NCBI GenBank assembly: GCA_044376115.1
Contig: JBILLK010000006.1
Span: 288,001-352,000 of the forward strand
Direction: 5' to 3'
DNA from: Polyangiaceae bacterium
Lineage (GTDB): Bacteria > Myxococcota_A > Polyangia > Polyangiales > Polyangiaceae
Length of the DNA: 64,000 nucleotides
Shown here: in pieces, positions 38,897 to 47,700 of the stretch
How the letters are laid out: the number at the start of each line of letters is the position of its first letter
Position numbering within the stretch: the stretch's first letter is position 1
Program-made: the position numbers and the translations under genes
The notes under the pieces: generated by a model
Told to the model about the DNA's origin: nothing
The model's database searches: none
What the model saw: the letters and a program-made list of their open reading frames with translations, nothing else

Positions 38897-39652
38897 TCAG
38901 TGCTGGTGATCCGCGTCGTCGTGATCGTGATCGTGGTCATGCTCCGACTCGACCTCGGCAACGGCCGCCTCTGCAGTGGCCTTGCCACGCATGACCGAAA
39001 GCACTGCGTCGTCGTAGATCTCGCTCACGTCCATGAGCCCAACGATCAGATTGACCACCAGCCGAGCCTCCAAGCTGCAGCCACGGAAGTCCAACGAGGC
39101 CTTGAGCCGAACCGCTCCACCGAGCGAGGTCTCATACGAGCCCATCAGCAAACCTTGGTTCACGCGAGCGAGCACCTCGTACACCTGCACGCTACGCTCT
39201 TGCGGCCACTTCTCGCGGAAAACGAGGAAGATGACGACCTGCTCCCCGCCGAAGAGCTGAACGCCAACGTCAAAGTGTTCCTCCGGGGGCACGTCGATAT
39301 CCCACTGGATGACCTCCCCGCTGGCGCCGGCGTTGGGGTCTTCATGCACCGTCTTCTTGAAGGTCCAACCGGTCTCGACAAACACGCCTTCAAGCTGTGA
39401 GGCCGCACTTTGGAGGGGCGCTTTGGCCGCAGCTTTGGCCGCTGACTTCTTCACCGGAGCCTTGCTCGCGGGAGCCTTCGCCGCGGGCTTCTTGGCCGCG
39501 CTCTGCTTTGCTGCTGACTTCTTCAGCGTGACCTTGTGCACGACGACCTTGGCTGCCTTCTTCGCAGCTGCAGGCTTTGTTTTGCTGGGGGACTTGCTTG
39601 CAGCGGGCTTGGACTTCGACTTTGCGATCGCTACGGTTTTTCGTGCAGCCAA
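38897..39652 (-). CDS. Histone H1-like Lys/Ala/Pro-rich region fused to a YbjN-like domain with a His/Asp tail
   Basis: RBS AAGGAG and TTG start; KKPAAK-like repeats; VYEVLARVNQGLLMGSY; EHDHDHDHDDADHQH. Confidence 0.7.
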   Translation of the reverse strand: MAARKTVAIAKSKSKPAASKSPSKTKPAAAKKAAKVVVHKVTLKKSAAKQSAAKKPAAKAPASKAPVKKSAAKAAAKAPLQSAASQLEGVFVETGWTFKKTVHEDPNAGASGEVIQWDIDVPPEEHFDVGVQLFGGEQVVIFLVFREKWPQERSVQVYEVLARVNQGLLMGSYETSLGGAVRLKASLDFRGCSLEARLVVNLIVGLMDVSEIYDDAVLSVMRGKATAEAAVAEVESEHDHDHDHDDADHQH

Positions 39653-39758
39653 GGTGGGCTCCTTCGTTGTGCCAATCTTATGAGCGGCCGAAGACTAGCC
39701 CTCTCGCTGGGAACTGGTTAGCCCGATCGACGAGGCTACGTTTTGCCTCAGGAACGGC

Positions 39759-42700
39759 TCATCCGCCGAACAGCTTGCCCTTGAGCCGAGAGAGCAGCCC
39801 GCGGCTCTCTTTGTTGGGGCTCTGTGGCTCTGCATGGGTGCGCGTGGGATGGCTGGGCTGGACCGGTTCGGGGGCGCTTGTTTTGCCGGTTGTGTCAGCC
39901 TCCAACCCGGGCGCCGACGCGATCATCCCCGCCAATTGCTCCAAGCTGGAGAGCAGCAGCTCGCGGGGGGGAATGCGGATCCCCGTCTGCTTCTGCAGCT
40001 GGCCGATCACCACCATCGAGAGCAGCGAATGACCACCGAGCTCGAAGAAGTTATCCGAAGCCGATACCTGCTCGAGTTTGAGCACCTCTTTCCACACCGA
40101 GGCGATCAGTCGCTCGGCCGGCGTGTTGGGCAAGCGCTGCTCCTTCGTGTGAACTACACCTTGTGGCGCCGGCAGACCCTTCTTGTCGATCTTGCCGGCT
40201 GGGGTCAGCGGCAGGCTTGGCAGCTCGGTGAAATGCTGCGGGAGCATGTAGTCGGGCAGCTTTTGGCGGAGGTGTTTGCGTAGATCGCTCGCGGTAGGTG
40301 ATAGGCCGGTAACAGCATAGTAGGCGCAAAGCCGGGTATCCCCCGGTTGGTCTTCGCGGACGATCACTGCGCAGTTCTTGATGCTCTCGTAAGCGGCGAG
40401 CACCGTCTCGATCTCGCCTAGCTCAATGCGATAACCACGGACCTTGACCTGATGGTCGAGCCGGCGGTGATAGACAATTCGACCATCATCGCGGAAGGAG
40501 GCGAGGTCTCCCGTCTTGTACATGGTCGCGCCGGGCCGCGCGCTGAACGGGTCGGGGATGAAGCGCTCTTGCGTAAGTTCAGGTCGATTGAGATAGCCGA
40601 GGGCTACGCCCAATCCGCCAATCACGAGCTCTCCCGGGACGGCGACCGGCTGCGGCTCTCCGAGCGCGTCGAGAATGTAGATCTCGGTGTTGTCGATCGG
40701 CTTGCCGATGGTCAAGGGCTGGCCGTGCTCGAGCTTGTCGACGGTGGACCACACCGTGGTTTCGGTTGGGCCGTACATATTGAAGACTTGGTCGGATAGC
40801 GAAGTAAGCTGCGCCGCGAGATCGGCCGGGAAGGCCTCGCCACCGCACAGAATCTTGAAGGAGCGCGCAGGCGCAAAGCCGGCGTTGAGCAATAGCCGCC
40901 AGGTGGAGGGCGTGGCTTGCATGAAGGTCGCGTTGCTCTGTCTCAGCAGCTGCAATAGCTCGGCGCCGTCAGCGCTTTGGTCGGCGCTGGCGATCACGAC
41001 GGTGGCGCCGACTGCGAGGGGTAGATGCAGCTCGAGCCCTGCAATGTCGAAGGATAGGGTGGTTACTGCTACCAGGATGTCCTCGGCCTGGATGCCGGGG
41101 TAGCGCCGCATGGAGGCGATGAAGTTGAGGAAGGCTCGATGCGGAACTGCGACGCCTTTCGGCTTGCCCGTCGAGCCGGAGGTGTAAATCACGTAGGCGG
41201 CGCTGCTCCCGTCGCCAGCGGGGGCCGTGGGCGGAGCTGTGGGCTGGGCGTCGATGGTTGCCGCTTCACGATCGAGCAGGAGGACAGCGCAGCTCTCCGG
41301 CAGACTGGTGCGGAGATCGTTGTTGGAGATGACCAGGCGCGCCGCCGAGTCTTCGACCATATGAGCAATACGGTCTACTGGGTATTCGGGATCGATCGGA
41401 ACGTAGGCTGCGCCTACTCGCCAAATGGCGTGCAAACATGCCAGCATGTCCAGGCTGCGCGGTAGAAAGACGCCTACGAGTGCGAAAGCTCCAACGCCGT
41501 TGGCTGCGAGCGTATGAGCTAATTGATTGGCGCGCTGGTCGAGCTCCGCATAGGTCCACGCGCGCGCGCCGTGTCGAGCTGCTACTGCATTGGGCGTGAG
41601 AGCGGCCTGTGCCGAGAAGAGCTCACTGGCGAAGTTGTAGGGAGGTGGTGTTTGCGCCGTCGCGTTGAAGTCACGTAGGATGCGCTGCTGCTCCTCGGCC
41701 TCGAGCAACGGCAAGCGCGCGATCGGGATGTCCGCGCGGGACGGAATGGCGCGGAGCAGCGTCGCAAACTGCTGCAGCAGTCGCCCGATTTCTTGCGAAT
41801 CGAATAGGGCCGTCGGGTATTCGGCCGTAGCGAGCAGCCCCTCCGGATGGGCGCTCACCCAGAGCGATAAGTCCGTCCGTGCGACTTCGGCGGAGATCGT
41901 CTCGCGACCGACGATGCGCACGGCTCCGCTCGTCGCTACGCGCTTTGCCGACTCAGCGTCCTCAAAGGCGAAGATCGTTTGGAAGATCGGCGACCGGCTC
42001 AGATCCCGCTCGACCTGGAGCAGCTCCACGAGCCGCTCGAAGGGCACCGACTGATGCGCAAAGGCCTTGATGCAGCTCTCACGTGTGCGCCGCAAGACGT
42101 CCAAGAACGAAGGGTTACCAGCGGTGTCGATGCGGATGGCGACGGTGTTGGCGAAGAACCCCTGCAGCTTGAGCGTGTCCGCGTGCTCGCGATTGGCGAC
42201 CGGCGTACCGATGATGAAATCGCTCTGGCCGGTCAAGCGATGCAGCAATACCGCATAGGCACTTAGCAGCACCATGAACAGCGTGGACTCGTGCTTCTTC
42301 CCGACGGCTGCGAGGGACTCGATCAGCGCCGCAGGAAGCGGGAGCCTGCTCGTCGAGCCCTCGGTCGGAGCCATCGCCGGGCGCACCCGGGTGCTGGGAA
42401 GCTCGAGCACGGGCCTTGGTGCAGCCAACGCCGCTGTCCAGTGTTGCAGCGCGCTGGGGCTCTCCTCCGCAGCGCGCTGCCACGCGGCGTAATCGACATA
42501 TTGAATCGCCAACGGTTCGAGCGAAGCGTCTTCCCCGTTGAGCAAAGCCAATAGTTCGGCCTCCATCAGCTCCTGCGACCATCCGTCGGTGAGGACGTGG
42601 TGGGCTGCGAGTGCGAGGACGCTCTCTGCTGAGTCCGTTTGCACGTGGAGCGCGCGGATGAGCGGTCCACGCGTGAGATCGAACGGGCGGCGGGCTTCCT

Positions 42701-43235
42701 CCGACAAAAGCGCGCGCAGCTCTCGTTCCCGCGGTTCCGGTTCGAGCGCAGTTAGGTCCTTGTGCAAGAGGGGTAGCTCAAACTCGGCGGGGATGCGCAA
42801 AACCACCTCCCCATCACGTAGCTCGAGCGTGGAGCGCAGCACCGAGTGGCGCTGGGTCAGCTTGTTGAGCGCAGCGCGTAGCTGTTGCTCGGTGACAGCG
42901 CCGCGCAGCTCGAAGGCAACGGTCACGTTGTAGACCGCGAGCCCTGGCTCGAGCTGGTCCAGGTAGAAGAGCCGGCCTTGCCCGAACGAAGCAGGTCCAA
43001 TCAAGGCGCCGTCCTCGGCCTCGAGCAGCTCCGCGCGCGGAATGTTGGTGGGTGCCACCGCGCCCGCTTCAGCCAGCTCCAAAAAGCCGAGGATCTCCGC
43101 CTTACGCCTGCGCAGCTCATCCCCGAGCTCCGGGCTGAGCGCCCCTTTGGGGGCGTTGACGACGAGCTTGCCGCTTTCCGCCCGAAGCTCGATATCAAGC
43201 TCGCGCAGCCGGAAGAGTAAATCAGCGACAGTCAT
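39759..43235 (-). CDS. NRPS module: TubC-type N-terminal docking - C - A(Gly) - T, no TE
   Basis: LLFRLRELDIELRAESGKLVVNAPKGAL; HHVLTDGWS; YTSGSTGKPKG; code read by eye as DILQLGMVWK; LGGHSL. Confidence 0.95.
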   Translation of the reverse strand: MTVADLLFRLRELDIELRAESGKLVVNAPKGALSPELGDELRRRKAEILGFLELAEAGAVAPTNIPRAELLEAEDGALIGPASFGQGRLFYLDQLEPGLAVYNVTVAFELRGAVTEQQLRAALNKLTQRHSVLRSTLELRDGEVVLRIPAEFELPLLHKDLTALEPEPRERELRALLSEEARRPFDLTRGPLIRALHVQTDSAESVLALAAHHVLTDGWSQELMEAELLALLNGEDASLEPLAIQYVDYAAWQRAAEESPSALQHWTAALAAPRPVLELPSTRVRPAMAPTEGSTSRLPLPAALIESLAAVGKKHESTLFMVLLSAYAVLLHRLTGQSDFIIGTPVANREHADTLKLQGFFANTVAIRIDTAGNPSFLDVLRRTRESCIKAFAHQSVPFERLVELLQVERDLSRSPIFQTIFAFEDAESAKRVATSGAVRIVGRETISAEVARTDLSLWVSAHPEGLLATAEYPTALFDSQEIGRLLQQFATLLRAIPSRADIPIARLPLLEAEEQQRILRDFNATAQTPPPYNFASELFSAQAALTPNAVAARHGARAWTYAELDQRANQLAHTLAANGVGAFALVGVFLPRSLDMLACLHAIWRVGAAYVPIDPEYPVDRIAHMVEDSAARLVISNNDLRTSLPESCAVLLLDREAATIDAQPTAPPTAPAGDGSSAAYVIYTSGSTGKPKGVAVPHRAFLNFIASMRRYPGIQAEDILVAVTTLSFDIAGLELHLPLAVGATVVIASADQSADGAELLQLLRQSNATFMQATPSTWRLLLNAGFAPARSFKILCGGEAFPADLAAQLTSLSDQVFNMYGPTETTVWSTVDKLEHGQPLTIGKPIDNTEIYILDALGEPQPVAVPGELVIGGLGVALGYLNRPELTQERFIPDPFSARPGATMYKTGDLASFRDDGRIVYHRRLDHQVKVRGYRIELGEIETVLAAYESIKNCAVIVREDQPGDTRLCAYYAVTGLSPTASDLRKHLRQKLPDYMLPQHFTELPSLPLTPAGKIDKKGLPAPQGVVHTKEQRLPNTPAERLIASVWKEVLKLEQVSASDNFFELGGHSLLSMVVIGQLQKQTGIRIPPRELLLSSLEQLAGMIASAPGLEADTTGKTSAPEPVQPSHPTRTHAEPQSPNKESRGLLSRLKGKLFGG

Positions 43236-43281
43236 AAGCACTCACAGTCGAAGGTTGCCAGAGGAAGCCCTGCTCCGTGGA

Positions 43282-44127
43282 TCACGTAGCTGCTTCACGC
43301 GGGGCACGACCAAACATCGGTTTGGGGCCCCAGAAGACGTAAAGCGCGATTGCCAGCACAAACTTGCAGACGACGAAGCCAATGTATTGAGCGTTGCCCC
43401 CGCGGAGGGGCAACACCGGCACGATTTGACTCGTGTAGGCGGTGGTCAATTGCATGATGAAGACCAGCAGCGCGCTCTTGGTGCGGTCATAGAGCCACGC
43501 GCAAATGGCGGCGATCAACATGAAGTTAGCGATCAGCGGAATGATCGGAAAGCCGGGCGCGACCTGGATCTCCGCTAGCACGATGGGGATGTACCAAACG
43601 CCCCAGAAGAAGCCGACGAACATCGAGCTCTGAAAGAGCCTGTAGCGCTTGGCGAAGAACGTGGTGAGAAAGCTCACCCACGCCAGCTCCTCGGACGCCG
43701 AGACCTCCACGTTGATGCGGAAGAACTCGAAATCGGCCACCGACTCGGTGTCGATCTCGATCACCTTGTTGAGCCCGATCACCCGCAGAATCCCCAGACT
43801 GATGAGCCCGACCACGCCGGGGTAGAGCAGCGCGAAGGCGTAGAACTTAGGGTGAACTCGATAGTTGGTAAACGACTTGAGGAGCTTCATCGCTTGCGCC
43901 TTGCCCATCGCAAGCCAAGCCACCGCGAGCGCCATCAGCGCAGGAATGAACGGACGCAGGATCGCAATCCCGTAGGTGCGTATGTCCCAATGGTGAGTTG
44001 CTGCAAGGATGACCTGCAGGATGTACGTGGGGATCAGGTAGCTGAAGAAGGGGCTAGCGATGGCAATGCGCTTCAGCAAGCCGGGGGCTTGGTTATTGAG
44101 AGCGGTGGGTTCAGTGACGTCAGCCAT
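43282..44127 (-). CDS. CPBP (CAAX/Abi) intramembrane protease-like protein with degenerate catalytic motifs
   Basis: Multi-TM; SEELAW, GFFWGVWYIP, AWLYDRTKSALLVFIMQ align with CPBP motifs EExxxR, WxxWH and HxxxN. Confidence 0.8.
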   Translation of the reverse strand: MADVTEPTALNNQAPGLLKRIAIASPFFSYLIPTYILQVILAATHHWDIRTYGIAILRPFIPALMALAVAWLAMGKAQAMKLLKSFTNYRVHPKFYAFALLYPGVVGLISLGILRVIGLNKVIEIDTESVADFEFFRINVEVSASEELAWVSFLTTFFAKRYRLFQSSMFVGFFWGVWYIPIVLAEIQVAPGFPIIPLIANFMLIAAICAWLYDRTKSALLVFIMQLTTAYTSQIVPVLPLRGGNAQYIGFVVCKFVLAIALYVFWGPKPMFGRAPREAAT

Positions 44128-44761
44128 GGGACCTTCCCTCTACCATTGGATTCTCATTCCACGCCACCGCTCCAGCGAGTGAAGCGTGGCCGGCGTTGAT
44201 GCCAGTCAACTCGAGATCCTCAACCCAGCAAGCTGACTGCTTGGGGTGAGTGACCTTCACGGCTCCGTGGGGCGAGCCGACCGAAACCTCACGGGCGTCG
44301 AGCGTGAGCCCAGTGCCCCAAACCTTGAGCACCGCCTCTTTCCGCGTCCAAAGACGGTAGAAATTGCTCCTGGCTTCAAGCGGACTTGCGGCCCCGAGCA
44401 CGAACTCGAGCTCGAGCGGAGTAAAGACGGTTGGGGCCACCTCAAAGACGTTCACGCGGGGGTTGTCCTCTTCAATGTCGACGCCAACCTCGCGCTCCCA
44501 CGCGAGAGCTACGGCCACGTAGTCCCCGGAGTGTGAAACGTTGATGCCGACGGCTTGCGGATGGACGAGGTGCGGCTTGCCGAAGGGCCCCAGCCGAAAG
44601 CTGAAGCTCCTCCCATCCAAGCCGGTCTCTTCTTGCAACACGAAGCGGGCGAGGGCACGCGCTGCGAGGGTTCGCTCACGGTCGATGCTGAAGCGATACT
44701 TCTGGGCTGCTGCCCTCTCATCATCGGAGAGCAGCGCTGCGTACGTTCCGGCCTCAGCCAA
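44120..44761 (-). CDS. Sfp-type 4'-phosphopantetheinyl transferase
   Basis: GPFGKP, INVSHSG, VGVDIE, FYRLWTRKEAVLK..GTGL. Confidence 0.93.
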   Translation of the reverse strand: MAEAGTYAALLSDDERAAAQKYRFSIDRERTLAARALARFVLQEETGLDGRSFSFRLGPFGKPHLVHPQAVGINVSHSGDYVAVALAWEREVGVDIEEDNPRVNVFEVAPTVFTPLELEFVLGAASPLEARSNFYRLWTRKEAVLKVWGTGLTLDAREVSVGSPHGAVKVTHPKQSACWVEDLELTGINAGHASLAGAVAWNENPMVEGRSHG

Positions 44762-44784
44762 GCGCTTAACGACCCTGCGGCCTC

Positions 44785-47700
44785 TCAGAACGATACCTCC
44801 TCGCGCTCCCCGCTCTTATCGACGGACCCGCCGCTCCGTTGGTAGGCCAGGGCATCAATCCGCTCGGAGAGTCCTGCGACGGTCGGCGTAGAGAACAGGC
44901 TGCTGAGCGATAGCTCTGGCACCCCGAGGGACTCGCGCAAACGCACGATCAATTGAATGCCCATCAGCGAGTGGCCACCCAGCTCGAAGAAGCTGTCGTG
45001 CAGCGAAACGCGCGCCACCCCGAGGGCTTCGGCGAAGAGCTGAGCGACCTTGATACCGGTCTCGCTGGAGGGTGCCACGAAGGCGGGCTTGGTGGTGCCA
45101 GCTACCGTCGCCAGTTGGCCCTGCAGCGCCTTCTCATCGACCTTGCCGTTGTCGGTGAGCGGCAGCGACTCAAGCTCGACCATGGTTCCTGGCACCATGT
45201 ACTCGGGCAACTTGGAGTGCAGGTGTCGCCGAAGCTCGTCGACCAGGCTGCTCCCCGCCTTGAGCATGAGCGGCCTCTTCGGCACGATGAACGCGGTCAG
45301 CGTGCGGGTCTCTGCGCTGGTTCCAGAAGCTATCACCGCGGCGCCGGCGACCCATTCGGAGCTTCGCAATACCGACTCGATCTCACCGAGTTCGATGCGA
45401 TAGCCCCGAATCTTTACCTGCTTATCGACTCGGCCCAGGAACTCGAGCTCGCCGCTCGACCGGTACTTGACCAAGTCCCCAGTGCGATAGAGCGTTGCCC
45501 CCGACTCGAACGGGCTTTCGATGAAGCGCTCCCTCGTCAGTTCGGGCTGATTGAGGTAGCCGAGCCCAACTTGCGGCCCGCCAATGTAGAGTTCACCGCT
45601 GACGCCGATCGGAACGGGCTTCCGCCGGTCGTCGAGCACGTACAGCTTGGTCCCTGGTGCCGGCCGCCCAATCGGGATGGCCCCGTTTTGGGGTGAATCA
45701 GCGTTCACTAGGTGAATGCAGCAGCCCACCGTGGTCTCGGTGGGGCCGTACTCGTTCCAGATCTTCACGTTCGGGGCGTGGGCGCGGAAGGCCGCTACGT
45801 GTGCCGCCTCCAGCTGCTCACCGCCGACCACGAGCGTATGGGCACCGGTCGCCAGCGCCTCTTTGGGGAGCTCGGCGGCGAGAATGCCGAGGTGGGCCGG
45901 CGTGAGCTTGACCACGCTGAAACCGCCTGGGTCTCGCAGCACCTTGGCCAGCGCTGCCACGTCCTTGGTGTCAGAGAGCAGCTGAACGGTATTGCCTGCT
46001 GCGAGCGGCCCGAACAGCGACGTGATGGTCAGATCAAAGCCGATCGACGAGTGCACCGGCGAGCCTGTCCCGGACTTCATCTCGTATTGTGCGATAGCCC
46101 AGCTCAGATAGTGAGTTAGCGCGCGATGCGGGATCATCACCCCCTTGGGCTTTCCGGTGGAGCCCGAGGTGTACGCCACATAGGCAACCGTTTCCGGCGT
46201 GCAGCTGCGCCCCAGCGGTGAACTCGATTGAGCCTGCAGCAGCTCGGAGGCCTGGTCCACGTAGAACACCCTGCTCACCGCTAGCCCCTCCACCGCGGGG
46301 CTTTCGGTATGAGAGAGCAGGAGTTCGCAGCCTGCGTCGTCGAGCATGAAGCGCACGCGGTCTTCGGGCAGGGCAGGATCGATGGGGACGTAGGCGGCGC
46401 CGGTCTTGAGCACAGCAAGCAGCGAGATCACGAGCTCTGGCGTGCGCGGCAGGGAAACTCCGATGCGCTTTCCTTCGCTGGCTCCGCGGCCTGCGAGCAG
46501 GTGCGCGAGTTGGTTTGCGCGCTGCTCGAGCTCCCCGTAGGTCAGCGTCCTGTGGTCCCCGCGAACCGCGATGCTGAGCGGCGACCTGTCGGCATGCGTC
46601 TGAAACAGCTCATGCACGGGCAGCCCTGATGCGGCCACGGCTTGGGTTTGGTTCCAATCCACGAGCAATCGCTGCCGCTCGGATTCGCTCATCAGCGGCA
46701 GGTCGGCGCTCTTTTGGTTGGCATCTCGCACTGCCGCCTCCAGGAGCACGCGGTACTGCTCGAGCCGCCTTCGCACCGTCTCGCGATCGAAGAGATCCAG
46801 GTTGAAGGTGGCTTGCACCTCAACGCCAGTATTCGACTCCACCAGGTTGAAGAAGATGTCGAAGTTCTCGTAGCGCCGGGGCACCGACCCTACCGTGCAT
46901 TGCAGATCGTGGAAGCCGATGCCGAGCGAGTTGGGGTCGAGGTTGAAGGCAACGCTCATCAACGGCACGCGGCTCGGATCGCGCGGGACGGCCAGCTGCT
47001 TGATCAAGGTACCGAAGGTGAAGTTCTTGTACTCGAAGGCGTCGAACACTTTGCCGCGCACGTTCTTCACGTGATCGGCGAAGGACTGCTCGCGGTTGAG
47101 CTCGAGTCGCAGCGGAAGGAACTGCACGCAGTGGCCAACCAGCGCGCGCCCCTCCACGTCCGATTGGCCGGCGAGGGAGAAGCCAACGACGACGTCGGAT
47201 TGGCCCGACAAGCGTGCTAGCAACACATGAAAGCCAGCCAACACCCCCGCAAACAAGGTCGCACCCTGTTTGCCCGCCATCTTCTTTATCTCGGCGACGA
47301 ACGGCTCGTCGAACTTGAGGCTGATGCGGTCGGCGGCAAAGCTCTTCACGGCGGGACGCGGCCGGTCTGACGGCAGGTCCAACACCGGGATCGGTCGGCC
47401 TGCGTATTGCGAGACCCAATACGCCTCGGAGGTCTTGCGCTCTGCGCTTGCGGCTGCGCCCCGTTGTTGGTCGATCCACTCTGAGTAGGGCATCGCTGGC
47501 TCTAGTTCAGCCGGCTTGCCCTCGCACACCGACGCGTAGATCTTGCCGAGTTCGCGACAGATCACGCCGCACGACCAGCCGTCGGCGATCAGGTGATGTG
47601 CGGTAAGGATGATGAAGTGCTCGTCCGCCGCGAGCTTGACGAGCTGGGTGCGGAAGAGCGGGCCTTGCTCCAGATCGAACTCGACGGTCACTTCGCGTTG

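Noticed and set aside
39660..39675. TGGCAC upstream of the histone-like gene as a sigma54 promoter
   Set aside because: The -12 position reads AGGA, which is the RBS, and it is too close to the start codon.
43282..44127. The CPBP gene as the sorting protease for the MYXO-CTERM-like protein at 56835
   Set aside because: Its catalytic His/Asn residues are missing, it is coupled to the PPTase inside the NRPS operon, and it lies about 13 kb away.
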